This document shows, in pieces, positions 28,967 through 39,038 of a stretch of 64,000 nucleotides of DNA. The number at the start of each line of letters is the position of its first letter. Position 1 is the stretch's first letter. A model generated the notes under the pieces. It made no database searches. It had not been told where the DNA came from and saw only the letters and a program-made list of their open reading frames with translations. The translations under genes and the position numbers were made by a program. The stretch is from Gemmatimonadota bacterium. Lineage in GTDB: Bacteria > Gemmatimonadota > Gemmatimonadetes > Palauibacterales > Palauibacteraceae. The stretch lies in the NCBI GenBank assembly GCA_039589295.1, contig JBDHHR010000002.1:18442-82441 (forward strand). The letters are read 5' to 3'.

Positions 28967-30085
28967 ATGGCCGTGCGGATCCTCGTCGCGGGCGGCGGGA
29001 CGGGCGGGCACCTGTATCCCGCGCTCAACCTGGCCTCGGCTATTCGCCTGGCGGCACCCGAGGTCCGCCTGCATCTGCTCGGCGCCGCGCGAGGGATCGA
29101 GGCCGAGATCCTTCCGGGCACCGACATTCCGTACACTCTGCTGCCGATGCAACCGCTGTATCGGAGCCAGGTGTGGCGGAACTGGAGAACCGTGCGAGCG
29201 GCACCGGCGGTACTGGGCGGCCTGGTGCGTTTGTTCCGGGCGTTCGACCCTCACCTCGTGCTGGGCACAGGGGGATACGTCTCCGGGCCCGCCCTGCTGG
29301 CAGGACTCCTGTCCGGACGCCGCACGGCTCTACAGGAGCAGAACGCCCGTCCCGGCCTCGTCACCCGGACCCTGGCGCCGATGGTCGATCAACTTCACCT
29401 CGGCTATCCGGAGGCACGCCGCCTGCTGCGACCGGGACGCAACACACGGCTGTTCACATATGGAAACCCGGTGGCGATAGAACCTCCGCCCGCACGGTTC
29501 GACTGGCCGACCGGTCGGACCGTGGCGGTGATCGGCGGAAGCCAAGGAGCTCGAGGCATCAACGACCGGCTGCTGGCCGACCTGGCAGAGGCCTCGCAGT
29601 GGCCCCGCGACACGACCCTCGTCTGGGTGACGGGTCCCGCGCACTACGAGCGCATAGCGCGCGAGGTCGCCCGACTCGATCACGCGCACCGGGTGCGGGT
29701 GACGCCATTCATCCCTGGCCTTGGGTCACAGCTCGACTGCATCACCCTGGCCGTCAGCCGGTCGGGCGCGATGTTCTGCTCCGAGCTCGCCGCAGCCGGT
29801 GTGCCGGCCGTCCTGGTGCCCTTTCCCGCGGCTGCGGCCGGTCACCAGCTCGACAACGCCACGGCTCTGACGGATGCCGGCGGAGCGGTGGTCCTCGAGG
29901 AGGGTGCCATGCAGGCCGGTGACCTGTGGGGAACCGTAGTGGGGCTGCTGCGCGAGGAGGAACGTCTCCAGCGCATGGGCCAGGCGATGCAGCGGCGTGG
30001 CAAACCCGATGCTGCCGAGCAGATCGCCGGTGAGCTGCTGCAACTCCTGGCCGCGGAAAGGGGAGGCGAGAGTGCAGGTGGCTGA
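28967..30085 (+). CDS. murG: UDP-GlcNAc:lipid I GlcNAc transferase
   Basis: N-terminal GGGTGGH motif and the MurG GT28 fold. Confidence 0.9.
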   Translation: MAVRILVAGGGTGGHLYPALNLASAIRLAAPEVRLHLLGAARGIEAEILPGTDIPYTLLPMQPLYRSQVWRNWRTVRAAPAVLGGLVRLFRAFDPHLVLGTGGYVSGPALLAGLLSGRRTALQEQNARPGLVTRTLAPMVDQLHLGYPEARRLLRPGRNTRLFTYGNPVAIEPPPARFDWPTGRTVAVIGGSQGARGINDRLLADLAEASQWPRDTTLVWVTGPAHYERIAREVARLDHAHRVRVTPFIPGLGSQLDCITLAVSRSGAMFCSELAAAGVPAVLVPFPAAAAGHQLDNATALTDAGGAVVLEEGAMQAGDLWGTVVGLLREEERLQRMGQAMQRRGKPDAAEQIAGELLQLLAAERGGESAGG

Positions 30086-31475
30086 GGTTAGCGTTCCTGT
30101 TCGAGGCGACCTGCCGCCGCAGGGCAGCGCGGTGCACCTCCTGGGCGCCGCGGGAGCCGGGATGCAAGGCCTGGCCCTATTGATGACCAGCGAAGGCTTC
30201 CGGGTCACCGGTTCCGACCGGGATACCGACCACGCCACCCGGACACTCGCGGGACATGGGGTGAGTCTGTTCCCCGAGGACGACCTGCAGCCGGTTCGGG
30301 ACGCCGTTGCGGTGATCTACAGCTCCGCGATCCCTGCCGATCACCCGGCCCTGGCCGCGGCACGGGAGGCCGGGATTGCGACCCTGAAGCGCGCCCGCGC
30401 CATGGGAGCCCTGGTGAACGGGAGCCGGCTGGCCGCCGTGGCAGGGACGCACGGTAAGACCACCGTCACCGCCATGTTGGCCCTGGCCGCAGAGGCGGGA
30501 GGGTTCGAGCCTGCCGCGCTGGTGGGCGGCAGGGTGCCGGGCTGGGACGGCAACGCCCTCCTCGGGAGTGGCGACTTGGCAATCGTGGAGGCCGACGAGT
30601 TCGATCGGTCGTTCCTCGAGCTGGACCCGGCCCTGGCGATAGTCACTTCGGTTGAACCGGAGCACCTCGAGAGCTACGGCAGCTACGCCGATCTGCGGTC
30701 CGCCTTCGCTGACTTCGCCGCCCGCGCCGCGGCGCGTGATGGGGTGCTGGTGTGTGCGGACGACGACGGTGCCGCGGAGATCGGCGCCATCGCCGGCGCA
30801 CGAGCCTCCTACGGCTTCACACCCGGCGCCGACTACCTGGTGGAGGTCGTGTCGCACGATCGCTCTGCGCAGCGGTGCCGCTTGCTCTCTCCCGCCGGGC
30901 ACTTCGAGTTCGGCGTCGGAGCACCCGGCGCCCACAACGCTCAGAACGCCTGCGGCGCCATAGCGGCGGCGCTTCTTCTCGGTGTGGATCCGGAATGCCT
31001 GCCTTCGGCTCTGAGCTCCTTCAGGGGGGTCGAGAGACGCCTCCAGGTCCTCCTCGAGAGCGATCGTCGGATCATCGTAGACGACTATGCACACCACCCC
31101 ACCGAGGTTCGAGCGTCCATCTCGGCTCTGCGCGAGACTTATCCGGAGCGCCGTATCGCCATCGTGTTCCAGCCGCACCTGTACAGCAGGACCCGATCGA
31201 TGGCAGCCGGTTTCGCCACAGCGTTGGGTGCGGCGGATGACGCCTTCGTGCTCCCCATCCATCCGGCCCGAGAGCGACCAATCGCCGGGGTAACGTCGCG
31301 GCTCATCGTGGACGCCGGATCGGCTCACGTCCACGGTACCGATCCCGAGCGGGTTCTCGCGTGGCTGGCCGACGAGCCCGGCGATCTGGTGGTAGGGTTC
31401 ATGGGTGCCGGCGACGTGACCGAACTGGCGCACCGGGCGGCCCGGGAGGCGGGCAGCGATGCGGTGGAGGAGTGA
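30072..31475 (+). CDS. murC: UDP-N-acetylmuramate:L-alanine ligase
   Basis: GAAGAGM...GSD, AGTHGKTT, Mur ligase domains. A likely GTG start at ~30072 has a GGGAGG RBS. Confidence 0.85.
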   Translation: MQVAEVSVPVRGDLPPQGSAVHLLGAAGAGMQGLALLMTSEGFRVTGSDRDTDHATRTLAGHGVSLFPEDDLQPVRDAVAVIYSSAIPADHPALAAAREAGIATLKRARAMGALVNGSRLAAVAGTHGKTTVTAMLALAAEAGGFEPAALVGGRVPGWDGNALLGSGDLAIVEADEFDRSFLELDPALAIVTSVEPEHLESYGSYADLRSAFADFAARAAARDGVLVCADDDGAAEIGAIAGARASYGFTPGADYLVEVVSHDRSAQRCRLLSPAGHFEFGVGAPGAHNAQNACGAIAAALLLGVDPECLPSALSSFRGVERRLQVLLESDRRIIVDDYAHHPTEVRASISALRETYPERRIAIVFQPHLYSRTRSMAAGFATALGAADDAFVLPIHPARERPIAGVTSRLIVDAGSAHVHGTDPERVLAWLADEPGDLVVGFMGAGDVTELAHRAAREAGSDAVEE

Positions 31476-32355
31476 TGTCCCGCTCTCGGGCCGAACCCGG
31501 TACCGCCTCGGGGGCCCGGCGCGGCTCTTCGGAGTTGCGGGGTCGGAGGCCGAGCTGCGCGAGGCCCTCGGTTCCCTGGGTGGCGAGCCGCACCGTCTGC
31601 TCGGCTGGGGAGCCAACCTGCTGGTGGCCGATCAGGGCGTGGGGGAGGCGGTGATAGTACTGGAAGGGGAATTCGACTACCTGCGTCTTGAAGCGGATGC
31701 ACTGGAGGCGGGAGCGGCTGCAGGACTGCCGGCTTTCGTCGGCGAAGCGCGGCGTGCGGCCCGCCACGGAATGAGCTTCCTGGAAGCGGTTCCGGGTAGC
31801 GTCGGCGGTGCCCTCCGCATGAACGCCGGCTCGGCAGAGACTGGAATATGGGATCGCGTCAGGTGGGTGGACGCGATGCGACCGGAAGGGGAAACGGTGC
31901 GACTCACCGCGGACGACGTCCGGCCAGCATACCGCCGTGTCGACGTGTCAACGGAATGGGTGTTCCTGGGCGGGAGCTTCGACGCCCCGCCGGGCGACGC
32001 CAGGGCCATCGAGGACGAGCACGTCCGGCGCAGGAGATCGAAGGTCGAGACGCAGGTATACGATCTGCCGTCCTGCGGCTCAATCTGGAAAAATCCCGGA
32101 CCGCCCTGGGGGTCCGCCTGGGAACTGGTGGACAGGGTCGGAATGCGGGGAGCGACGCGCGGAGGAGCTCAGATCACGGAGAAGCACACGAACTTCATCG
32201 CCAACCTGGGGACAGCCGACGCGGCGGACGTACTGTGGCTAATGCGGGAAACGCGGCGCCGGGTTCACGAGGAGATCGGGATCTGGCTGGAGCCGGAGAT
32301 CGTCTTGTGGGGCTTCGACGCCGCAGCGTTGGCCTCCGTGGGGGCCGCGGCATGA
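31459..32355 (+). CDS. murB: UDP-N-acetylenolpyruvoylglucosamine reductase
   Basis: FAD-binding PCMH domain and the MurB C-terminal domain (SAGSIWKNP-like). It overlaps the murC 3' end. Confidence 0.85.
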   Translation: MRWRSDVPLSGRTRYRLGGPARLFGVAGSEAELREALGSLGGEPHRLLGWGANLLVADQGVGEAVIVLEGEFDYLRLEADALEAGAAAGLPAFVGEARRAARHGMSFLEAVPGSVGGALRMNAGSAETGIWDRVRWVDAMRPEGETVRLTADDVRPAYRRVDVSTEWVFLGGSFDAPPGDARAIEDEHVRRRRSKVETQVYDLPSCGSIWKNPGPPWGSAWELVDRVGMRGATRGGAQITEKHTNFIANLGTADAADVLWLMRETRRRVHEEIGIWLEPEIVLWGFDAAALASVGAAA

Positions 32356-33086
32356 CGCGCCACGTGCGTCGGCGCCTCGTGGTGCTGGGAGTCTCAGCCC
32401 TGGCCGGGGCGAGCGGTCCCGTTTGGGGACCCCCTCTCCTGCGGACCATGCCCGCGTTCAAGGTCCAGGCCGTGAACGTGAGCGGAGCACGCTTCGTCGA
32501 ACCGGAGCTGGCAAAGGCGCTGGCCGCCGTCGAGCAAGGCGCCTCCGTATGGGACGACCCCTCTTCGTGGGAAGAGAGGGTACTCGCCCATCCCCTGGTG
32601 ACCGACGTGCGCGTCCGGCGGAGCGGCGTCACCGAGCTGATGATCGAGCTGACCGAAGTACGACCGGTGGCCCTGGTGCCGACCCCGATCCTGGCTCCGG
32701 TTGATGCGAGCGGGCGCATGGTAGCAATCGATCCTGCTGCGCATGCCCTCGACCTGCCGATCCTCACCGGAGCCAGGCTGATCGACGGGAGGGTTGATGA
32801 TGAGGAATCACGGCGCGCCCTGACGGCTCTGGATGAGCTGTACGACCTCCACGCCGCCTTCGTGAGCGAGGTGTCCGAGCTGAGGGCGATGCGGGGAGAT
32901 GGAGTGGAACTGCAGTTAGTCGCGGGTAGCCACGCCGAACGTATCATTCTGCCCCTGGACAGTCCCGTCGGCGCTTTTCTCAGGGTCGAGAGTGCGGTTG
33001 GGGAATGCGAGGAGCGCGGGCACGTCGTTTCGGCGGACGCCCGCTTTCGCGGCCAGGTAGTCGTCCGCATGCGGGCGAAGACGTGA
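32351..33086 (+). CDS. ftsQ: cell division protein FtsQ/DivIB
   Basis: Basic N-terminus, TM helix, and POTRA plus FtsQ beta domain. The ATG overlaps the murB stop. Confidence 0.8.
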
Positions 33087-34315
33087 TCGGCGGCCCACGA
33101 GTGGTTGCCGGGCTGGATGTGGGCTCGACGAAGACCTGCGCGGTACTCGTCGATGCGGCGGCGGGCTGGTCCGACAACGGCGACGGCGCGGAGGTGCTCG
33201 GCGTGGGGATAGCGGCCACCGAAGGCGTCCGAAACCGGAACGTGACGAACATCGAGGCCGCCACCGAGTCCATCCGGGATGCTCTTCGAGACGCCGAGGC
33301 GATGGCCGGTCTCGAGGTGCAGGGCGTGTACGCCGGGATCACCGGCGAGCACATCGAGCTGAGCTGCTCGACAGGCATCGTGGCCGTGGCCGGACACGAG
33401 ATCAGCTCCAGCGATGTGGACCAGGTGCACGAGGTCGCTCGTGCCGTGGTGATCCCGCCGGACAGGGAGCTCCTGCACGCGATCCCGCAGGATTACACAG
33501 TGGACGGGCAGCGTGGCATCCAGGATCCGAAGGGCATGGACGCGACCCGGCTCGAGTCCGAGGTGTTCATCGTCACTGCGGGCTCCCCTGCGTGCCAGAA
33601 CCTCCGCAAGGCGATCGACAGGGCTGGATTCCGAGTCGAGGAGCTGGTGCTCACCTCCCTCGCCAGCAACGTGGCGGTCCTGCGCGAACGAGATCGGCAG
33701 TCGGGGGTGGCGATGGTCGAAATCGGCGGAGCTTCCACGGAAGCTCTCGTCTTCAAGGACGGTCGCCTCCGCCTGGTAGCGTCCCTGCCCTGGGGAGCCG
33801 CCACGGTGTCCAACGACATCGTGAAGGGTCTCGGCATACCCCGCACCGAAGCCGAGAGCCTCAAGGAGCAGCACGGCTCCGCCCGCAGCGAAAGTGTCGA
33901 TCCGTCCGAGAAGCTGGAAGTGGCCGGGCCGATCCCGGGCAGCATCCGCGAGGTCTCCCGGGAGCTCCTGGCACACATCATCGAGCAGCGTCTGGACGAG
34001 ATCTTCGGGCTGGTCTACGAGGCGCTGGAGGAAAAACGGCTGCTCGAAACACTTCCGGCCGGGATCGTTCTCACCGGGGGCGGCGCGGAGCTCGACGGAG
34101 TGATCGAGCTGGCACAGGAAGTCTTCAACATGCCCGTCGCCCTCGGTGCCCCGGGTGAAGGTCTGGCCGGCGTGGTTGATACCGTGCGCGGGCCGAAGTT
34201 CGCTGCCGGAGTGGGACTCGCCCTGTACGGACGCCACCGGGAGCGGGGACGAGGAAACGGGCTGGTCCTGCGCGCACTCACGCGGGCTACCGACTGGCTG
34301 AAGGACTTCTTCTGA
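33083..34315 (+). CDS. ftsA: cell division protein FtsA
   Basis: Actin-like ATPase with VAGLDVGSTK phosphate-1 motif. The GTG start overlaps the ftsQ stop. Confidence 0.9.
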   Translation: MIGGPRVVAGLDVGSTKTCAVLVDAAAGWSDNGDGAEVLGVGIAATEGVRNRNVTNIEAATESIRDALRDAEAMAGLEVQGVYAGITGEHIELSCSTGIVAVAGHEISSSDVDQVHEVARAVVIPPDRELLHAIPQDYTVDGQRGIQDPKGMDATRLESEVFIVTAGSPACQNLRKAIDRAGFRVEELVLTSLASNVAVLRERDRQSGVAMVEIGGASTEALVFKDGRLRLVASLPWGAATVSNDIVKGLGIPRTEAESLKEQHGSARSESVDPSEKLEVAGPIPGSIREVSRELLAHIIEQRLDEIFGLVYEALEEKRLLETLPAGIVLTGGGAELDGVIELAQEVFNMPVALGAPGEGLAGVVDTVRGPKFAAGVGLALYGRHRERGRGNGLVLRALTRATDWLKDFF

Positions 34316-34394
34316 CGGCTGGCAGCCGTCGACGGCTATAGAAAAGGGGATCCGAACGGAGATGAACGACGCCACCAACGATCGGGAGGGGAAC

Positions 34395-35555
34395 ATGGTC
34401 TTCGAATTCGAGGACACGGCCGCGCGCAATGCTCGGATGAAGGTCGTCGGCGTGGGAGGCGCAGGCAGCAACGCGCTGAACCGCATGATCGACGAGAAGC
34501 TGGAAGGAGTGGAGTTCGTAGCCATCAATACCGACGCGCAGGCCCTGAAGAACTGCGATGCGCACCTCAAGATCCAGGTAGGCCGCAAGCTCACGCGCGG
34601 CCTGGGCGCGGGAGCCCGACCCGAGATCGGACGGCAGGCTATAGCCGAGAACGAGGAAGAGGTGCGGCGCGCTCTGGAGGGAGCCGACCTGATCTTCGTG
34701 ACAGCGGGAATGGGTGGCGGCACCGGCACCGGTGCGGCTCCCAGGGTCGGCCAAATCGCCGGCGAGCTGGGAGCGCTGTGCATTGGAATAATCACTCGTC
34801 CCTTTCAGTTCGAGGGTAAGAAACGCATGCGTCACGCCGAGATAGGGCTGCGCGACCTTCGCCGGTCTGTGGATACCATGATCGTCGTACCGAACGAGCG
34901 ACTCCTCTCCGTCGTAGGGAAGGGGACGACCTTCCGGGACGCGCTGAAGAAGGCCGACGAGGTGCTGCTGCATGCCACGCAGGGGATCTCCGATCTCATC
35001 AGCGTAACCGGAGAGGTCAACGTCGACTTCGCTGACGTCCGCACGGTCATGTCAAACCGAGGCGCGGCGCTGATGGGAACAGGAGAGTCAAGCGGGGACA
35101 GCCGGGCGGTAGACGCGGCTCAGCAGGCGATTTGCTCTCCGCTTCTCGACAGCATATCGATTAACGGTGCCACCGGCGTGCTGGTCAACATCTCCGGCGG
35201 ACCCGATCTGGCCATCGACGAGGTGACGACGATCAACTCGATCGTCCAGGAGGCGGTGGGCGATGAGGCAGAGATGATCTTTGGCGCGGTTCACGATCCG
35301 GCGATGGACAGCCGAGTGCGCGTCACGGTCATCGCCACGGGATTCGGAGAAGACGCCGGGGAGGAACCGATTCCAACGCTTCGGGTGGTTCCTGCGGAGT
35401 CCGAACGGATGCCACTACCGCGTCTGGTGACGGTCGCCGGCGGGATCGAAGAGTCCGGAGGACAAGTGGGCACGGACATCCTGAACCGGTTCAGCGGAAT
35501 GCCCCAGCTTGAGGACCTCGAGATTCCCACGTTCATCCGGCGCCAGATGGACTGA
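34395..35555 (+). CDS. ftsZ: cell division GTPase FtsZ
   Basis: MVFEFED...KVVGVGGAGSNA, GGGTGTG tubulin signature, and a C-terminal peptide (DLEIPTFIRRQ). ATG at 34395 with a GGGAGGGG RBS. Confidence 0.95.
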   Translation: MVFEFEDTAARNARMKVVGVGGAGSNALNRMIDEKLEGVEFVAINTDAQALKNCDAHLKIQVGRKLTRGLGAGARPEIGRQAIAENEEEVRRALEGADLIFVTAGMGGGTGTGAAPRVGQIAGELGALCIGIITRPFQFEGKKRMRHAEIGLRDLRRSVDTMIVVPNERLLSVVGKGTTFRDALKKADEVLLHATQGISDLISVTGEVNVDFADVRTVMSNRGAALMGTGESSGDSRAVDAAQQAICSPLLDSISINGATGVLVNISGGPDLAIDEVTTINSIVQEAVGDEAEMIFGAVHDPAMDSRVRVTVIATGFGEDAGEEPIPTLRVVPAESERMPLPRLVTVAGGIEESGGQVGTDILNRFSGMPQLEDLEIPTFIRRQMD

Positions 35556-35611
35556 GACGCCGGCGAGACGGGCGCGGCAAGCGAGAACGGAACAGACAGG
35601 CTATTGGATCC

Positions 35612-36955
35612 TTGAACTTCGTCGACCTCGAGCCAGGATCGTCGCCGCACGGCACCGGCAGGAGAAAGCGACTGCGCAAGAGCCGCGCAGGCGTGGCGGC
35701 GGCCGTCTTGATCTTCTTCGCCTTCTGGGGACTCCGATCCGTGGACATCTCCGGGAGCTCCAGGGGCGGCGGGCCTCGGACAAAGACAGTTGTCGTGCCG
35801 ACTCCACCCTCTCCCGAAAGCAGGTACGACACTCTGAGGCCAGGAGAGACGCTGGCGGAAGTCATGGCTGCCAACGGCTTCTCGGCGCAAGGGATCCACG
35901 AGGTGATCCAGGTCGTGCTCCCATACAAGAGCCCGCGGACCTTCCGACCCGGTGTGGTGATGCGCTTCACGGGCCGGCCCGGAACGTCACCGGACCGCTT
36001 GGTCTTGCAGCTGAACCAGGACTCGCTGCTCAGCCTGACCGCTCAGGAATCGGGGTGGGCGAGCCACGTCGATACCGTGCCGATAGTCGTGGACACCCTG
36101 CTGCTGGCCGGCCTCATCGAATCCAGCCTGTGGTTCGCAGAACTGAGTGGTGAGGTTGAGAAGCTGGGTGAGGGCGAGTTCAATGAGTACGTGTACGATC
36201 TGGCGGACGTCTTCGCCTGGAAGGTCGACTTCACGCGAGATGTGCGCCGGGGAGACGCCTTCCGGGTGGCCATCCGGCGCGAGCTTCGGCCCGATGGGTC
36301 CGTACGCACCCGCCGCTTTCTGGCAATCGAGCTCCGCAACCGGGGTCGGCTCCTGCCGGCCGTCCCGTACAAGAGGCAAGATGGCAGGCGAGAGTACTTC
36401 GACACGGAGGGTGGGGCCCTTCGCGGTGTCTTCCTTCGCTACCCTGTTCCCTTCCGAATCACCAGCGGCTTCTCCAACCGCCGGTACCACCCGGTCCTCA
36501 AGCGCTACCGGCGTCACCCGGGAATCGACTACGGCGCTCCCTACGGTACGCCGGTCAAGGCCACCGCCTCCGGAACCGTCACGCGGGCCGGCACTTGGGG
36601 AACCTTCGGGAGAATGGTGGAAGTCCGACACACGCATGGCTTTTACACCCGCTATGCTCACCTGAGCTCTATCACCGGCGGGGTGCGGGCCGGAACACCG
36701 GTGGACCAGGGCCAGGTGATAGGACGGGTAGGCTCGACAGGGCTCGCCACCGGTCCCCACCTTCACTACGAGTTCCTGCAGAACGGGGCGCAGCGAAACC
36801 CGGCCACGATGAATCTGCCGTCCGCCCCCGCTCTCGAACAGGAGTACATGGACGAATTCAGAGGAGTACGGAACACGGCTATGGCGCTTCTGGTAGGCGT
36901 ACCCATGCCCGAGATCTCATCTCCGCCGGCCGCCCCGGTCCCGATCGCGGACTGA
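35612..36955 (+). CDS. M23-family peptidase (LytM domain) with an N-terminal TM/OapA-like region
   Basis: N-terminal TM helix and a C-terminal M23 domain (HPGIDYGAPYGTPV...GSTGLATGPHLHYE). TTG start at 35612, uncertain. Confidence 0.8.
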   Translation: MNFVDLEPGSSPHGTGRRKRLRKSRAGVAAAVLIFFAFWGLRSVDISGSSRGGGPRTKTVVVPTPPSPESRYDTLRPGETLAEVMAANGFSAQGIHEVIQVVLPYKSPRTFRPGVVMRFTGRPGTSPDRLVLQLNQDSLLSLTAQESGWASHVDTVPIVVDTLLLAGLIESSLWFAELSGEVEKLGEGEFNEYVYDLADVFAWKVDFTRDVRRGDAFRVAIRRELRPDGSVRTRRFLAIELRNRGRLLPAVPYKRQDGRREYFDTEGGALRGVFLRYPVPFRITSGFSNRRYHPVLKRYRRHPGIDYGAPYGTPVKATASGTVTRAGTWGTFGRMVEVRHTHGFYTRYAHLSSITGGVRAGTPVDQGQVIGRVGSTGLATGPHLHYEFLQNGAQRNPATMNLPSAPALEQEYMDEFRGVRNTAMALLVGVPMPEISSPPAAPVPIAD

Positions 36956-37040
36956 GCTTCCGAGGACCCGGCCGCGGTCCTCAGCCGCCTGTCCGGCTGC
37001 CGGATTCAGCCGTAGTCTCCCATATGGACTGGACATCGCG

Positions 37041-38990
37041 GTGCCCGTGATTTCCGGGCGAGTGATCTGGATTGCGGCCGCAGCCGCGATCTCGCTGCTC
37101 GTTTCGGCCTGGTGGTATGCCCGGGTGGAAGAGACGGTCCGTGGCCGACTCCCGGCGGCCTGTCTGCGGGCTGTGGCGCTGTTCCTGCTCCTGGCCGGCC
37201 CCAGGCTTCCCTCTCTGGAGAACATCGATTCCGGGAGTGGCAACCTGGTTATCCTGGTGGACGGCTCCTCCAGCATGGGCCTACCCACTCGGCCCGGGGG
37301 AGGCTCGCGCCGGGATTCAGCCGTGCGTGAGGCCGAAGGCCTGCCCGCCGCAAGGGTCCTGGCCTTCGGAGAGGTTACCGGTGAGCTCCGGGGGGACGAA
37401 CTCGCGGGCACCGGAGGACACTCGCGGCTCGGCCCGGCGCTGCAGGCTGCGCGGCTCGCCGGCGCCGACAGCGTGGTGATCCTGACCGACGGCGAGATCG
37501 ACGATCGGGAGGAGGCGCGGCGCACCGCTGAGCGGCTGGGCCTAGGGGTGCGGGAGATACAGGTGGCCGCCCCCGTAAGGCGGTTCGGAATACGCGGCGT
37601 CTCCGCGCCGCAACGCGCCAGAGCAGGCGACACGATCCGTATCACGGCCGAGCTGGTCGCCGGGGGCGGCCCGGCGCCCGGAAGGGACGTCGAGGTAACG
37701 CTCAGCGGCCCGTCCGGGCCCATCACCACGACGCGGGCGCCCGCTCCGACCCCGGGTCGCTCCGCGCTGGTCACTCTGCTGCTGTCGCCACTGGCGCCAG
37801 CGGTAGGCACTGCGGAGTGGCGACCCTACGACATTGCCTTGACGGGCGATGCCGATCCGTACGGGGTCGCTGACGCCCGGCGGCTGTGGGTGCGGGTGAC
37901 TGCCGGCATTCGGGGTGCACTCGTGGTCTCCGAGGATCCGGACTGGGAGACCCGCTATCTCATACCGGTGCTGCGAAGGTCCGTGGCGGGTGGGGCGCGT
38001 GGATACCTCCGGGTTGCGGCGGATAAGTACGTCGGGACTGGCCCGGATCCGGTCGCCTACCCCGCACCGGCGACAGTCAGACGCGAGGCACGCTCGGCGG
38101 ATGTACTGGTTGTCCAGGGTGCTCCCGGAGACCTGCCCGAGTGGTTGCGGGCGACGGCAGAGCGGCACCCCCGTGTTCTGCACCTCGTGCGCGGGCCGGG
38201 GGAGGTGCCGGGGACCGACCTCGAGGTGGGGGAGTCGCTCCCGGGCGAGTGGTATCCGACCGGGCCACCCCCGGCCAGCCCCGTCTCGGGGTTTCTCATC
38301 GGCATCGACCTCGATGCTCTGCCCCCGGTGCTCCGCCAGCACGGGCTCTCCGGAACGACCGAATGGACAGCTCTCACGACGCGCCGCGGCCGACGCGGAG
38401 GGGCCCGTCCGCTGGTAGTGGCCTCCAGCGGCGGGCGCAGCCGCCGCGTGATCGTCGTTGGCGAGGGGACATGGCGTTGGGCAGCCCGGCCCGGCCCGGC
38501 CCGGCGTCTGTATCGGGGCCTGTTGGGCGGGCTTGCCGGCTGGCTCTCGGAGCGAGCCAGCAGTCAGGCCGTGACCCTGGCGGATGATGGCCCGGTCGCC
38601 CGCCGCAACGTCCGCTGGCGCGTGGACCCCGGGGTTCGCGATCTTTCGCTGACGGTTACCGATTCGGCCGGGAGTGTGATCTGGGAGCGCACAGTGGCGG
38701 CTCCCGACACTATCCTGGCCGGGCCGTCCCTGGCAGCCGGTGATGCGCGGTTTACCGCGAACGGAAGGCTGGGTGACGGAGGTTTTCGCGTCGAGCGGCC
38801 GTTCACGGTCACCGCGGGCGGCGCCGAATTGTTGCCGCGCGCTTCGGCGGCTCCGCTGGAGCTTTCGGTTCCGAGCGGGAAGGCGAAAGGCTCGTGGCCG
38901 GCCGGCCGGTTTCCAGTGTGGCCCTTCGCCGTCGCCGCGGCTCTCCTGTGCCTCGAGTGGGCCTGGCGGCGACGCATCGGCCTGCGGTGA
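37041..38990 (+). CDS. membrane protein with a von Willebrand factor A-like domain (BatA-like topology) and a large unknown extension
   Basis: Two N-terminal TM helices, then LVILVDGSSSMG (MIDAS DxSxS), a long Ala/Arg/Gly-rich region, and a C-terminal TM helix. Confidence 0.6.
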   Translation: MPVISGRVIWIAAAAAISLLVSAWWYARVEETVRGRLPAACLRAVALFLLLAGPRLPSLENIDSGSGNLVILVDGSSSMGLPTRPGGGSRRDSAVREAEGLPAARVLAFGEVTGELRGDELAGTGGHSRLGPALQAARLAGADSVVILTDGEIDDREEARRTAERLGLGVREIQVAAPVRRFGIRGVSAPQRARAGDTIRITAELVAGGGPAPGRDVEVTLSGPSGPITTTRAPAPTPGRSALVTLLLSPLAPAVGTAEWRPYDIALTGDADPYGVADARRLWVRVTAGIRGALVVSEDPDWETRYLIPVLRRSVAGGARGYLRVAADKYVGTGPDPVAYPAPATVRREARSADVLVVQGAPGDLPEWLRATAERHPRVLHLVRGPGEVPGTDLEVGESLPGEWYPTGPPPASPVSGFLIGIDLDALPPVLRQHGLSGTTEWTALTTRRGRRGGARPLVVASSGGRSRRVIVVGEGTWRWAARPGPARRLYRGLLGGLAGWLSERASSQAVTLADDGPVARRNVRWRVDPGVRDLSLTVTDSAGSVIWERTVAAPDTILAGPSLAAGDARFTANGRLGDGGFRVERPFTVTAGGAELLPRASAAPLELSVPSGKAKGSWPAGRFPVWPFAVAAALLCLEWAWRRRIGLR

Positions 38991-39038
38991 ACGGAGCGAC
39001 AGGCAATCTGGAGATGGAGTCGTCGACCGGATGAACAG

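Noticed and set aside
32195-34795. 866-aa ORF antisense to ftsQ-ftsA-ftsZ. Similar long antisense ORFs lie at 7045..8028, 16445..17773, 24937..25692, 53013..55184, 56261..57286 and 59706..61145.
   Set aside because: All of them lie opposite well-supported conserved genes. Their Arg/Ala/Pro-rich composition is typical of spurious ORFs in 65-70% GC DNA.
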